64,000 bases of DNA from Eledone cirrhosa (taxonomy: Eukaryota), in the NCBI GenBank assembly GCA_964016885.1, contig OZ024740.1, positions 350,052,001 through 350,116,000 on the forward strand, in the 5' to 3' direction. The position numbers and the translations under genes are program-made. Shown one piece after another: positions 1 through 14,769 of this stretch (its first letter is position 1; each line of letters opens with the position of its first letter). The notes under the pieces were generated by a model. The model was not told where the DNA came from, did not search any database, and saw only the letters and a list, made by a program, of their open reading frames with translations.

Positions 1-617
<617 letters not shown>

Positions 618-779
618 TGTTATACTTTGGGAGAGTCATGTTGCCAATACGAAACACACGCACCAGTTGCTTTCACTTCAATTTATTATATATTTATAAA
701 TTTATAAATTTACAAATTTACGAACTTATAAATTTCTGGTTGGTTGGTTGGTTCCACAACCAGATAGTTGTTTATATAT

Positions 780-824
780 AGTCATAGTCCTTTCGTCACA
801 CACTCTGTGACCTCTTCAGTGACT
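780..824 (-). ncRNA. Minimal type I hammerhead ribozyme (N2 family)
   Basis: AGTCA-CTGAAGA-G-GTCACA(gagtg)TGTGAC-GAAA-GGAC-TA-TGACT; stem I AGTCA/TGACT; minimal stem III. Confidence 0.7.
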
Positions 825-1293
825 GGGGATTCCTTTCTTCGTTTCTGTGCCTTTCCTTTCTTCTATCCTACGCCATTTTGTTTCTGTGTGTGTGTTGTGT
901 GCTCAGTTTGCGCATGCGCCACATCCGGGTGTCTGTGTGTGTTTGTGTTCATTTTTCTATTTGTTTATTTATTTATTTATTTATTTATTGTTGGTTGGTT
1001 GTTTGTTCTATGTGTGTGTGTGTTTTCATTTCGTCCTGTGTGTGTTTTCATTTTGTGTGTGTTTTCATTTTGTCCTTAATTGTAAGTTGTTTGTTCTATG
1101 TGTGTGTGTGTTTTCATTTTGTCCTTAATTGTAAGTTGTGATGTTGCTGTTCCACTCATATTTTCTATTTAATTTTGGTTTTACAGACACCCGGATGTGG
1201 CGCATGCGCAAACTGAGCACACAACACACACACAGAAACAAAATGGCGTAGGATAGAAGAAAGGAAAGGCACAGAAACGAAGAAGGAATCCCC

Positions 1294-1338
1294 AGTCCCT
1301 GAAGAGGTCACAGAGTGTGTGACGAAAGGACTATGACT
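1294..1338 (+). ncRNA. Minimal type I hammerhead ribozyme (N2 family), one stem I mismatch
   Basis: AGTCC-CTGAAGA-G-GTCACA..TGTGAC-GAAA-GGAC-TA-TGACT. Confidence 0.6.
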
Positions 1339-1556
1339 ATATATAAACAACTATCTGGTTGTGGAACCAACCAACCAACCAGAAATTTATAAGTTCGTAA
1401 ATTTTTAAATTATAAATTTATAAATATATAATAAATTGAAGTGAAAGCAACTGGTGCGTGTGTTTCTTATTGGCAACATGAACCCCCAAAGTATAACAAT
1501 ATCGGTTGCAACACTCGATTTCAGATAAAGAATCTTGCTAAACAAATTCAGAAACG

Positions 1557-2701
<1,145 letters not shown>

Positions 2702-2702
<1 letters not shown>

Positions 2703-4485
2703 ATGCAAATAACGAAGCCAGAGGAGTTCTTTGATGCCACAACACTACATCAAGAAATGGCAACCATCAACCACATAGACATAACGGAGGAGGATGTGGT
2801 GTACGCCATTGATGAAATTAGAACAGACTCGGCTGCTGGATCTGATGGATTCCCAGCAGTTCTCCTAAAAATATGTAAGCGGGCCTTAGCAACTCCACTG
2901 AAGATGCTCTTCAGAAGCTCCTTGGCTAGCGGTGTACTACCCGGGGAGCTGAAAGAAGGCACAATATGCCCTATCCATAAAGGAGGTAGTAGAGCGGAGG
3001 CCAAGAACTATAGGCCAGTCTCCCTGACGTCGCATATCAGTAAGGTCATGGAGCGAGTCGTCAGAAAGAAACTAATCACTTTCCTCGAAGAAAATGACCG
3101 CCTGACTAGCACGCAACATGGCTTCCGCCCATGAAGAAGCTGCCTTACACAGTTGCTACATCACTACGACTGGGTACTGAGACAACTACTAGACAGCTCA
3201 CATGTGGACGTGATATATCTTGACTTTGCGAAGGCCTTTGACAAGGTCGACCACGGAATGATATGTCACAAACTACACGGACTCGGCATAACTGGAAAAG
3301 TAGGTGAGTGGCTGCATGGCTTCCTAAGGGACAGAAGCCAGGTAGTCGCATCAAATGGGGCCCTCTCGAGGGAAACACCGATAACAAGTGGGGTGCCCCA
3401 GGGGATAGTCCTGGGACCACTACTGTTTTTGGTGGCTCTCTCGGACATGCCCTCTGTCGTGCATGCAACAACATCCCTCACTAGCTATGCTGATGACACT
3501 AAGGTAGCACAGGCAATCAAAAACCCGGCTGACGCTGCCCTCTTACAGCAGGATCTGGATGCCATATACAGATGGGCGGAAGAAAACAACATGCAGTTTA
3601 ATGCTGCAAATTCCAAGCCCTACAATAGAAACCTGCAAACACAAACACAAATATAGCGGAACACAGCTACACAGGACCAGGAGGGACCGATATCCCCGTG
3701 TCAAAATCGATACGAGACCTGGGCATAGACATGAGCGATGATGCATCTTTTTTCTTCACACATCATGAAGGTGGCGAGAACATGGAGACGATTCGCTGGC
3801 TGGATATTGAGGACTTCCTTACAAGAGATTGAGACACCATGTTGACACTGTGGAGGACATTTGTCCTAGGCCGCCTGGACTACTGCTCCCAGCTGTGGTC
3901 ACCCCATAGTGTCAAACTAACCACGGAGCTTGAGGCAATCCAGCGAAGCTACACTAAGAGGATTGCCAAGATGAGGGAGACAAGCTACTGGGAGAGGCTA
4001 AAGGAACTGAACCTCTACTCCTTGGAGCGAAGACGGGAGAGATACGCAGTGATCTACTTGTGGAAAATCCTGGAGGGACTAGCACCAAACTTTGGCATTG
4101 GGAGCTGGACCAACCGTCGAACAGGACGTCACTGTGTGGTGCCAAAGGTCCCGTCTTCCACATCTAGAATAAGGAGCAGGTATTGCAATAGCCTGGGATT
4201 CAAGGGCCCTCAACTCTTCAACAGGCTGCCGAGGCATCTGCGAGACTTGCATGACGTGGAGGTGGATGTCTTTAAGAAACATCTCGACACCTTGTTATCC
4301 AGGATCCCAGATGAGCCCACAGCAAGACACGAGGGAAACCTAAGGGCAGCAGCAACAAACTCCCTCCTACACCAGTGGCCAACATATACAGGCTGGAGAT
4401 AAAATGTGTAGCAACAAGGGCGGTGCCCCAGCATGGCCTCAGCCGGATGGCTGAAACAGGTAAAAGAATAAAAGAATAAAAGAAT
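2702..4485 (+). mobile_element. 5'-truncated CR1/L2-group non-LTR retrotransposon (RT and C-terminal region, disrupted) with intact 3' tail
   Basis: RT motifs YRPVSLTS, QHGFR, YLDFAKAFDKVDH, SGVPQG, YADDTK; C-terminal LDYCSQLWSPH...YWERLKELNLYSLERRRER; stops and frameshifts; tail (TAAAAGAA)3 running into (TA)n. Confidence 0.9.
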
Positions 4486-4502
4486 ATATATATATATATA
4501 CA

Positions 4503-4540
<38 letters not shown>

Positions 4541-4680
4541 TGATTAATTAAAGTGTACATCTACATATGTATACGGAAGTACTAGTATGCATATAAATAC
4601 ACACATGTATACATATCAGTCATACAAAAGTGAGTTAGAAGCGAAACGAATTTAATTTCGTTTCGTTATTTGTTTTTTTA
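4541..4680. mobile_element. Diverged head-to-head fragment pair of the 467-nt element family
   Basis: 4545-4592 resembles the reverse complement of 15705-15752; 4616-4680 resembles 15764-15827. Confidence 0.6.
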
Positions 4681-4719
4681 TACATATATGTATATATATA
4701 TATATATATACATATATGT

Positions 4720-4762
<43 letters not shown>

Positions 4763-4828
4763 TTGTATATATATATATATATATACATATATATACATAT
4801 ATATACTTATATATATACATATATATAC

Positions 4829-4887
<59 letters not shown>

Positions 4888-4958
4888 TATATACATATAT
4901 ATATACATATATATACATATATATATATATATATCTACATATATATACATATATATAC

Positions 4959-5043
<85 letters not shown>

Positions 5044-5047
5044 ATAC

Positions 5048-5092
<45 letters not shown>

Positions 5093-6347
5093 CGATGGAT
5101 CTTACTGGATCAACAAGAAATCTCAGACCCCAATTGACGTTAGCATGGGGGCAAGTGACTCGGCTGAAATTAGCGACCTTGTGGGCCTGTACATCCTACA
5201 TCACCTAAAGAACCTCTTTACCGGCCTGACCGGAGGTTTATACCGAGACGACGGCCTCTTCGCCCTGCATAAAGTTAACCCCAGAACCACCGATGGGTTT
5301 CGGAAAAACTTAATCTCTTTCTTCTCTAATCTAGGATTTAGTATAACTATAGAATCTAATTTGACTAGGGCCAACTTCTTAGATGTCACTCTCGACCTAG
5401 ATACTTCCCTCTATTACCCGTACCACAAACCTAACGAGTCCCTTAAATATATTAATGTTAATCCAAACCACCCCCAAAACATCACTGATAACCTAGTAAA
5501 AAGCGTCTCTATTAGAATATCTGGCTTCTCCGCCAACAAAGATATTTTTAATGCATCTGCCTCCTACTACAATGACGCCCTCTCCCGTAGCGGATTTAAA
5601 GATAAGATAACTTACCTAGAAACCACCGCAAGATTGCAGAGGAGGAATAGACATAGGCAGATTAGCTGGTACAACCCTCCCTTCAATAGAGAGGTATCTA
5701 CTCCGATAGCTAGGATTTTCTTCACTTTGCTGAAATTACACTTCCCCATACAACATAGGTACCACACCATCTTCAATAAGAACACAATAAGACTGTCTTA
5801 CTCCACCACACCTAACCTAGCTAGGAATATAGCCAACCACAATTCTAAAAAATTAAATAAGCCAACCACCTCCGAACCCAATCCCCGGACTGGGGCTCTA
5901 TGTAATTGCCTAAATAAGGAAGCATGCCCACTTGAAAACAAATGCCTCACAAATGATATCGTATACAAATGCGATGTCATCTCAGGCACCGAGGATTGCA
6001 AAAAAACTTACATCGGCATGACCTCCAACAACTTTAAGACCCGTTGGTATGCCCATACCCACTCCTTCAGAAGACCGGACAAATCTAATCAGACAACACT
6101 CGCCTCCTACGTTTGGGACCTCAAAAGGAACTCCACCCCTTTCACGCTTAAATGGAAAATACTCCAGAAAGCACGCTCTTACAACGGAGGACACAAAGGC
6201 TGCGACCTTTGTATTTCAGAGAGCTACGAAATTTTATTCGCCAAGGGCCCGCTACTGAACAAACTCTCTGAACACTGCCCGAACTGCATGCACAAGAACT
6301 TTGCAACTTTCAAACACTTTAAGCCAGTGTTAAAGCCCGATGGCTAA
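5093..6347 (+). CDS. 5'-truncated PLE family A ORF (RT C-terminal half + GIY-YIG endonuclease), Hydra-type linker
   Basis: [50 protein letters not shown] (CxCx5C), VYKC...[27 protein letters not shown]-terminal CMH. Confidence 0.92.
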
Positions 6348-6519
6348 AAACGACCTCCTCCTATTGGCCCCTATACCTCCTTCCCACCCTACCCCCACCC
6401 CTCCTCAACCTGAAATACGGCCACTATGGTTATGTGAGTACCTCTTTCCTATCTACATTTTCTGCCTGTAGAGGTGTTTTTATGTGCCTGCGTATATGCG
6501 TATATTTATTGAGTACTTA

Positions 6520-6716
6520 TTTATTTGTATGTGTATATATGTATGTGTATGTGTATATATATATATATGTATGTGTGTATATGTGTTTTATGTGTGTATA
6601 TTTATGTATGTATATATATGTATATATGTATGTATATGTGTATATATGTATATATATATATATATGTGTATATATGTGTATGTATGTGTATGTGTATGTA
6701 TGTATATATGTATATG

Positions 6717-6755
<39 letters not shown>

Positions 6756-6795
6756 ATGTGTGTGTATGTATATATATATATGTGTGTGTGTGCTG

Positions 6796-6877
<82 letters not shown>

Positions 6878-7236
6878 ATATATATGTATATGTATATATA
6901 TATATTTATATGTGCGTGAGAGAGAGTGTGTGTATATATACTTGTGTGTGTGTGTGTGTATGTGTGTATGCGTGTATATATATGTATATATGTGTATATA
7001 TGCGTATATGTTTGTATATATATGTATATTTATGTATATATCTGTGTATGTATGTGTATATATGTATATATATGGATATATATATATATATATTTATATA
7101 TATGCATGTGTATGTGTGTGTGTGTGTGTATATATGTGTATATGTGTGTGTGTGTATATATGTGTGTGTATGTGTATGTGTGTGTATGTATGTGTGTGTA
7201 TATATATGTGTGTATGTATGTGTGTATGTGTGTATA

Positions 7237-7293
<57 letters not shown>

Positions 7294-7429
7294 ATGTATA
7301 TGTGTGTATATATATTTGTATATGTATGTATGTATGTGTGTATGTATGTGTGTGTGTGTGTATATGTATATATATGTGTATATATATTGTGTGTGTGTGT
7401 ATGTGTATATATATGTGTATATGTATGTT

Positions 7430-7502
<73 letters not shown>

Positions 7503-7604
7503 GTGTGTATATATGTGTATGTATTTGTGTATGTATGTGTGTGTATGTGTGTATGTATATATATATATATATGAATATATGTATGAATGGTGTATCTCTC
7601 ACTC

Positions 7605-7669
<65 letters not shown>

Positions 7670-7774
7670 TTGGTGCTTTTTCCTTATATATGTGTATATG
7701 TGTGTGTGTGTGTGTATATATATATGTATGTATGTGTGTGTGTGTGTGTATGTAAATGTATATATTTGTTTATG

Positions 7775-7805
<31 letters not shown>

Positions 7806-7865
7806 ATATGTGTGTATATATATGTGTGTATATATATATGTGTGTATATATATATATATGTATAT
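6520..7865. repeat. (TG)/(TA) compound microsatellite, probably within the family A 3' UTR
   Basis: Follows the family A stop codon and resumes at 14464-14770 after the family B insertion. Confidence 0.85.
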
Positions 7866-7993
7866 ATGTAGGAGGTGAGTTTTATTGTAGTACAATAAAG
7901 CAATGCAGATATCGGATAAGAAGCACTCTACAGTTTGTGGGACTGGAGTATGCATAATATAAGATCAAAAGATGGTTAAAGGAGTTCCATATA

Positions 7994-8060
7994 TTTTATT
8001 ATGCGCATTTCAAAAACAAACATTATCAAGCAATAATATTTGTGTTTTCATCAGATAAAA
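7994..8060 (-). ncRNA. Type I hammerhead ribozyme, family B pLTR
   Basis: TTTTAT-CTGATGA-long stem II-GAAA-TGCGCA-TA-ATAAAA; palindromic stem III as in dimer-acting PLE HHRs. Confidence 0.85.
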
Positions 8061-9053
8061 CAGGAGAACATGATATGAAGGCTAAAAAAACACTTGTTGA
8101 TAGTGCAGTTTTAAATCAACATATGAAAAGTGGTTTTAGATTGATGTGTGATATTGGGAAAAATATTTTATTTAGAGAGGGGGGGGGGAAGGATGAAAAG
8201 GGAAGGAGATGAGAGGGAGAGATGGGTGATAGAGAGAAAGAGATAGTTTTTATAACTGAGAGGAGATATATTTTTTACATAGAGGGGTTGAAAACCGTTG
8301 GAAGATACTGTATAAATTAAAAATTTTGAAAATTAACGAAGGGAGGATATGTGCGAGGAAAAAATATTTTATTTAGGGAGGGTGGGGTGGAAAGGATGAA
8401 AAAAAGGGGGGAGGAGATGAGAGTGAAGGTGGAGAGGGAGAGATGGGTGATAGAGAGAAAGAGATAGTTTTTATAACTGAGAAAAAGATATATTGTTTTA
8501 ATATAGAGAGGTTGGGAACCGTTGGAAGATAATGTATAAATTAAAGGAATTTGAAAATTAACGAAGGGAAATTATGTATGAAGATAGAGAGAAAAAAATA
8601 ATAATTGTGGGTGAATATTCTAACGTCAAAAGAAAAAATGTATGTATTGTGACAATTTCAAAATTAGCGAAGAGAAAAATTGTTAAGGTAGAAGGATTTG
8701 AGAAGTGTAGAAGGATTTGAGAAAAATAATGTGAAGTTAAAGTTTGTATATTGAATTGATATGTATTAATAATGAGTTCGTTGATGGGGAGAAAAAATAA
8801 TAATAAATTAAGGATGAAATTGAGATTAAAAAGATTTATGATAGAGAGAAAAAATAATAATGATTGCGGATGAATATTCAAAATGTCAAAAACAAATGTT
8901 ATTATTTTACGAGAAGATAGAATGAGGGTAATGAGTAAACAAGTATTATAGAGTGTATAATGCCCTTTAAAGTAAGGTAGATGGGTATATTTTAAAGAGG
9001 TGTATGTATATGTGCCTTTGAGAAAAGATTCTAAATTGATAAAGAATTGAATA

Positions 9054-11456
9054 TTAACTGTATACTTTGTGAAAAGTTCTATGGAATTTATGCAGGCAGA
9101 TAGAAAACAAATCTGAGCGTCTATTTATTATAGATTCTAGGTTAGAGATAATGGTAAATTTTTCATTTAGGCAGAGATTACAGATTTTAGATAGAGAGCT
9201 GTTCAAGTATGAGGATGCAGAAGAAATCTTTTTCCAAAAGATGTTATATTTAATGTTTTTGTCTTTTAAGGACCATATGAGTTCTGAGAGAGCAGTGTTA
9301 GTTCTTTTAAGTTTGTATTTGAAAGATGAATGATGATTATAGAGACGAGCTTTAAAAGAGGTGGAAGTGGAGCCAAAATAGGTGAAGGAATTGGTGCTAG
9401 TTATAATTTTACATTCATAAATTAAGTTTTTATCGAGGCAATGGTTGTTGAGAGGACATTTATTTTTAATGCGGCAGTTGCAATTAGAGAGATTATTAAT
9501 GAGTGAACTAGTGTTATCTATAGAAGGAATTGGATTGGAGAAGTTGTTTGCGATAGGAATAATAGGAATAATAGTTTCTTGATTTAGAGTTGGATTATGA
9601 ACATTTAGCGAAGTTGTGTTTGACGTTGTATTTGGGTTTACAGAAGTTAGCCTAGGGTTTACAATGACGTCGGGAGTACTATTACTGTTATTATGAAATT
9701 CAATATTGGAAGGAAGAGATTTAGTATTTAATATTTTGTTGTTGTGTTTAGAGATGATGTTGGAAATATTGGAGGATGTAGAATACGAAAATTTGATGGT
9801 GTGTTTGTTAAATATTTTACTATAGATATGTGAGGGAGGGAAGCATTTATTTAAGGCACTAAAAAATAATTTAGGAATATTGTTATTAATAGAGATGGAG
9901 AAAGGAGCATTATACCAGATTATGTTTTTGTATCTAGGTCTTTTATTAAAATTATTGGAATGGTCAAGATTAATTATTCTACTGTAAGTTTTCCTAGAAT
10001 TTGTTTCTTTATTATATTTGATTTTATCTGGATAGCCGGCTTTAGAAAGTGCGTTATTATAGTAATTGGCGTTAGCATCAAAGATGTTTTTATTAGAAGA
10101 TATGTTAGATATTCTATTTCCAATATTATTAACTATAGCATTCTTGATATTGGTAGGATGGTTAGATTTAAAGTTAACATAATTAAGATTCTCATTGTTT
10201 TTATGGTAAGGGTAATATAGGCCAGTGTCAAGATTAAGAGATACATCCAAGAAATTAGCTAGTTTGATACTATTATCAAATTCAATTTTTAGGTTATGTT
10301 GGTTAAAGAGATTACGTATATTGTTCTTAATAATATTAAGTTTAATTATATTGCAATTTAGGATAGTAAAGAGTCCATCGTCACGATAAATTCCACCGCG
10401 AAGTTGAGGAATTTTCCGACTCAAAGAGTTCAAAATGAAGATACCAATTAAATCAGTCAATTGGGATGAATCGGATGCTCCCATTGTGATGTCGAAGTTG
10501 TTAGAGGTATCGGCTCTGGTCCAATATTCGTTGTTGAACTCTAGGATGGTTTTACGTGCGGTGAGGATGATGTGAAGTTCATCTGTGGTGATGTCAGAAT
10601 ATTTAAGTGCGAAAGATAGAGCATTATTGAGAAGTGAAGGCGAAATGGAGGAATAGTAGCTGGCAATATCGAATTGAATAAATTTTAGTTTGTTTTTATT
10701 ATCCAATTTGTTGAACCAGCCAATCACTTCAGAAGTACCAAACCATAAATTTAGGTTTAAAGAAGAGCAATTAGAACTAACCTGTGGGATAATCCTATCC
10801 AAGATGGCTTTACTAACAACCCCCAGATCAGATTTAGAGGGGGCGATTAATCTAACAGGTAGTTCAGTGCGAAAATTGTTTTTGTGATCCTTGAGATTTA
10901 TCCTCGGAGTTCTTGGGAGGAATGGTTCGGTCTTTTTTTCAATGCCAAGTTTTGACATAATCTCATAGGCTTCAAGGTTTATGCATTCTAAATTTTCATG
11001 GTTGGTTTTACGATACTTTTTCCTAAGTTCCTTTAGGATAAGGTTGTTATAATTATCCTTGGAAATACCATATAGGTTATTGGTTTTGTCAGAGTGGACT
11101 AAAACATTTTTTGAGGAATTTAGGTTAGAGATTGTGTTCTTGAGATTTACAAGGTGCTCTTGTCCTTTGTAAGGGTATCTCTTGAATTTAAGATTTTTTA
11201 TTATTTTAGTTAATTCTTCCTCGAATTGTGCTAGATTTTTGTTGGAAGGAGGATTTCGTCTAGAATTAAAAAGATGATCGAGGAAGTTGTGTTCTTTGGT
11301 ATGAAAGTTCCCTTTTAGGCGCTGGTCATAGAAATAGGCTGTCCATCTAAGTCTTCTTACGAAGGAGTCAGTTTTTTCAATAAGAAGTTTGGTGAATTCG
11401 GATTTACCAGGTATAGGAATGTCTTTAGTTGAATTGGTTATGTTGTAATAATCCAT
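9054..11456 (-). CDS. Intact ~800-aa PLE polyprotein (RT + C-terminal GIY-YIG), family B, Hydra-type
   Basis: Open from MDYYNITNSTKDIP; SDKTNNLY, PVRLIAP, FDIASYYSSI, TMGASDS, IYRDDG, CNCRIKNKCPL, YFGSTSTSFKARLYNH, CNLCLNE, CLH. Confidence 0.93.
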   Translation of the reverse strand: MDYYNITNSTKDIPIPGKSEFTKLLIEKTDSFVRRLRWTAYFYDQRLKGNFHTKEHNFLDHLFNSRRNPPSNKNLAQFEEELTKIIKNLKFKRYPYKGQEHLVNLKNTISNLNSSKNVLVHSDKTNNLYGISKDNYNNLILKELRKKYRKTNHENLECINLEAYEIMSKLGIEKKTEPFLPRTPRINLKDHKNNFRTELPVRLIAPSKSDLGVVSKAILDRIIPQVSSNCSSLNLNLWFGTSEVIGWFNKLDNKNKLKFIQFDIASYYSSISPSLLNNALSFALKYSDITTDELHIILTARKTILEFNNEYWTRADTSNNFDITMGASDSSQLTDLIGIFILNSLSRKIPQLRGGIYRDDGLFTILNCNIIKLNIIKNNIRNLFNQHNLKIEFDNSIKLANFLDVSLNLDTGLYYPYHKNNENLNYVNFKSNHPTNIKNAIVNNIGNRISNISSNKNIFDANANYYNNALSKAGYPDKIKYNKETNSRKTYSRIINLDHSNNFNKRPRYKNIIWYNAPFSISINNNIPKLFFSALNKCFPPSHIYSKIFNKHTIKFSYSTSSNISNIISKHNNKILNTKSLPSNIEFHNNSNSTPDVIVNPRLTSVNPNTTSNTTSLNVHNPTLNQETIIPIIPIANNFSNPIPSIDNTSSLINNLSNCNCRIKNKCPLNNHCLDKNLIYECKIITSTNSFTYFGSTSTSFKARLYNHHSSFKYKLKRTNTALSELIWSLKDKNIKYNIFWKKISSASSYLNSSLSKICNLCLNEKFTIISNLESIINRRSDLFSICLHKFHRTFHKVYS

Positions 11457-11662
11457 GTTGTAGAAGAAGAGGTGAAGGACCATCAAAAGGTATCCAATAT
11501 GAGAGTAAGCGCTCAACCGTTAAGGAGCAAGTTAATGTAGGAGGTGAGTTTTATTGTAGTACAATAAAGCAATGCAGATATCGGATAAGAAGCACTCTAC
11601 AGTTTGTGGGACTGGAGTATGCATAATATAAGATCAAAAGATGGTTAAAGGAGTTCCATATA

Positions 11663-11729
11663 TTTTATTATGCGCATTTCAAAAACAAACATCATCAAGC
11701 AATAATATTTGTGTTTTCGTCAGATAAAA
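11663..11729 (-). ncRNA. Type I hammerhead ribozyme, family B upstream pLTR (CTGACGA)
   Basis: As 7994-8060 with N7 = C. Confidence 0.85.
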
Positions 11730-14355
11730 CAGGAGAACATGATATGAAGGCTAAAAAAACACTTGTTGATAGTGCAGTTTTAAATCAACATATGAAAAGT
11801 GGTTTTAGATTGATGTGTGATATTGGGAAAAATATTTTATTTAGAGAGGGGGGAGGAGGATGAAAAGGGAAGGAGATGAGAGGGAGAGATGGGTGATAGA
11901 GAGAAAGAGATAGTTTTTATAACTGAGAGGAGATATATTTTTTACATAGAGGGGTTGAAAACCGTTGGAAGATACTGTATAAATTAAAAATTTTGAAAAT
12001 TAACGAAGGGAGGATATGTGCGAGGAAAAAATATTTTATTTAGGGAGGGTGGGATGGAAAGGATGAAAAAAAGGGGGGAGGAGATGAGAGTGAAGGTGGA
12101 GAGGGAGAGATGGGTGATAGAGAGAAAGAGATAGTTTTTATAACTGAGAAAAAGATATATTGTTTTAATATAGAGAGGTTGGGAACCGTTGGAAGATAAT
12201 GTATAAATTAAAGGAATTTGAAAATTAACGAAGGGAAATTATGTATGAAGATAGAGAGAAAAAAATAATAATTGTGGGTGAATATTCTAACGTCAAAAGA
12301 AGAAATGTATGTATTGTGGCAATTTCAAAATTAGCGAAGAGAAAAATTGTTAAGGTAGAAGGATTTGAGAAGTGTAGAAGGATTTGAGAAAAATAATGTG
12401 AAGTTAAAGTTTGTATATTGAATTGATATGTATTAATAATGAGTTCGTTGATGGGGAGAAAAAAATAATAATAAATTATTAGATACAAAAACATAATCTG
12501 GTATAATGCTCCTTTCTCCATCTCTATTAATAACAATATTCCTAAATTATTTTTTAGTGCCTTAAATAAATGCTTCCCTCCCTCACATATCTATAGTAAA
12601 ATATTTAACAAACACACCATCAAATTTTCGTATTCTACATCCTCCAATATTTCCAACATCATCTCTAAACACAACAACAAAATATTAAATACTAAATCTC
12701 TTCCTTCCAATATTGAATTTCATAATAACAGTAATAGTACTCCCGACGTCATTGTAAACCCTAGGCTAACTTCTGTAAACCCAAATACAACGTCAAACAC
12801 AACTTCGCTAAATGTTCATAATCCAACTCTAAATCAAGAAACTATTATTCCTATTATTCCTATCGCAAACAACTTCTCCAATCCAATTCCTTCTATAGAT
12901 AACACTAGTTCACTCATTAATAATCTCTCTAATTGCAACTGCCGCATTAAAAATAAATGTCCTCTCAACAACCATTGCCTCGATAAAAACTTAATTTATG
13001 AATGTAAAATTATAACTAGCACCAATTCCTTCACCTATTTTGGCTCCACTTCCACCTCTTTTAAAGCTCGTCTCTATAATCATCATTCATCTTTCAAATA
13101 CAAACTTAAAAGAACTAACACTGCTCTCTCAGAACTCATATGGTCCTTAAAAGACAAAAACATTAAATATAACATCTTTTGGAAAAAGATTTCTTCTGCA
13201 TCCTCATACTTGAACAGCTCTCTATCTAAAATCTGTAATCTCTGCCTAAATGAAAAATTTACCATTATCTCTAACCTAGAATCTATAATAAATAGACGCT
13301 CAGATTTGTTTTCTATCTGCCTGCATAAATTCCATAGAACTTTTCACAAAGTATACAGTTAATATTCAATTCTTTATCAATTTAGAATCTTTTCTCAAAG
13401 GCACATATACATACACCTCTTTAAAATATACCCATCTACCTTACTTTAAAGGGCATTATACACTCTATAATACTTGTTTACTCATTACCCTCATTCTATC
13501 TTCTCGTAAAATAATAACATTTGTTTTTGACATTTTGAATATTCATCCGCAATCATTATTATTTTTTCTCTCTATCATAAATCTTTTTAATCTCAATTTC
13601 ATCCTTAATTTATTATTATTTTTTCTCCCCATCAACGAACTCATTATTAATACATATCAATTCAATATACAAACTTTAACTTCACATTATTTTTCTCAAA
13701 TCCTTCTACACTTCTCAAATCCTTCTACCTTAACAATTTTTCTCTTCGCTAATTTTGAAATTGTCACAATACATACATTTTTTCTTTTGACGTTAGAATA
13801 TTCACCCACAATTATTATTTTTTTCTCTCTATCTTCATACATAATTTCCCTTCGTTAATTTTCAAATTCCTTTAATTTATACATTATCTTCCAACGGTTC
13901 CCAACCTCTCTATATTAAAACAATATATCTTTTTCTCAGTTATAAAAACTATCTCTTTCTCTCTATCACCCATCTCTCCCTCTCCACCTTCACTCTCATC
14001 TCCTCCCCCCTTTTTTTCATCCTTTCCACCCCACCCTCCCTAAATAAAATATGTTTTCCTCGCACATATCCTCCCTTCGTTAATTTTCAAAATTTTTAAT
14101 TTATACAGTATCTTCCAACGGTTTTCAACCCCTCTATGTAAAAAATATATCTCCTCTCAGTTATAAAAAACTATCTCTTTCTCTCTATCACCCATCTCTC
14201 CCTCTCATCTCCTTCCCTTTTCATCCTTCCCCCCCCTTCTCTAAATAAAATATTTTTCCCAATATCACACATCAATCTAAAACCACTTTTCATATGTTGA
14301 TTTAAAACTGCACTATCAACAAGTGTTTTTTTAGCCTTCATATCATGTTCTCCTG

Positions 14356-14422
14356 TTTTATCTGATGAAAACACAAATATTATTGCTTGATGATGTTTGT
14401 TTTTGAAATGCGCATAATAAAA
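14356..14422 (+). ncRNA. Type I hammerhead ribozyme, family B inverted copy
   Basis: CTGATGA 14362-14368, GAAA 14405-14408, TGCGCA, AUA site at 14416. Confidence 0.85.
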
Positions 14423-14597
14423 TATATGGAACTCCTTTAACCATCTTTTGATCTTATATTATGTATACATGTATATATATATGTATGTATGTGTATATAT
14501 ATGTATTTGTATACACATATATATTTGCGTGTATGTATGTATGTGTGTGAGTGTATATATGTGTGGTTGTGTGTATATATATATGTATGTGTGTATG

Positions 14598-14685
<88 letters not shown>

Positions 14686-14686
14686 A

Positions 14687-14717
<31 letters not shown>

Positions 14718-14769
14718 ATATGTGTGTGTGTTTTTATGTGTGTATATGTGTATGTGTATGTGTGTTTAT

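Larger units (their letters stand above)
7866..14463. mobile_element. PLE family B insertion: full-length minus copy (7866-12475) with ~940-bp direct pseudo-LTRs, plus an inverted 5'-truncated copy (12476-14463)
   Basis: Direct repeats 7866-8810 and 11535-12475 flank the ORF; 12476-14463 is the reverse complement of ~7955-9945; HHR in each pLTR; both ends in TA/TG microsatellite. Confidence 0.93.

Noticed and set aside
3132-3134. In-frame TGA in the LINE RT as possible selenocysteine
   Set aside because: The second copy has GGA (Gly) at this codon and the element has other lesions, so it is a simple nonsense mutation
8558-8881. 107-aa ORF repeated at 12225 and 13535
   Set aside because: Lies in the pyrimidine-rich pLTR/3' UTR; repetition reflects the repeat; non-ATG start and no motif
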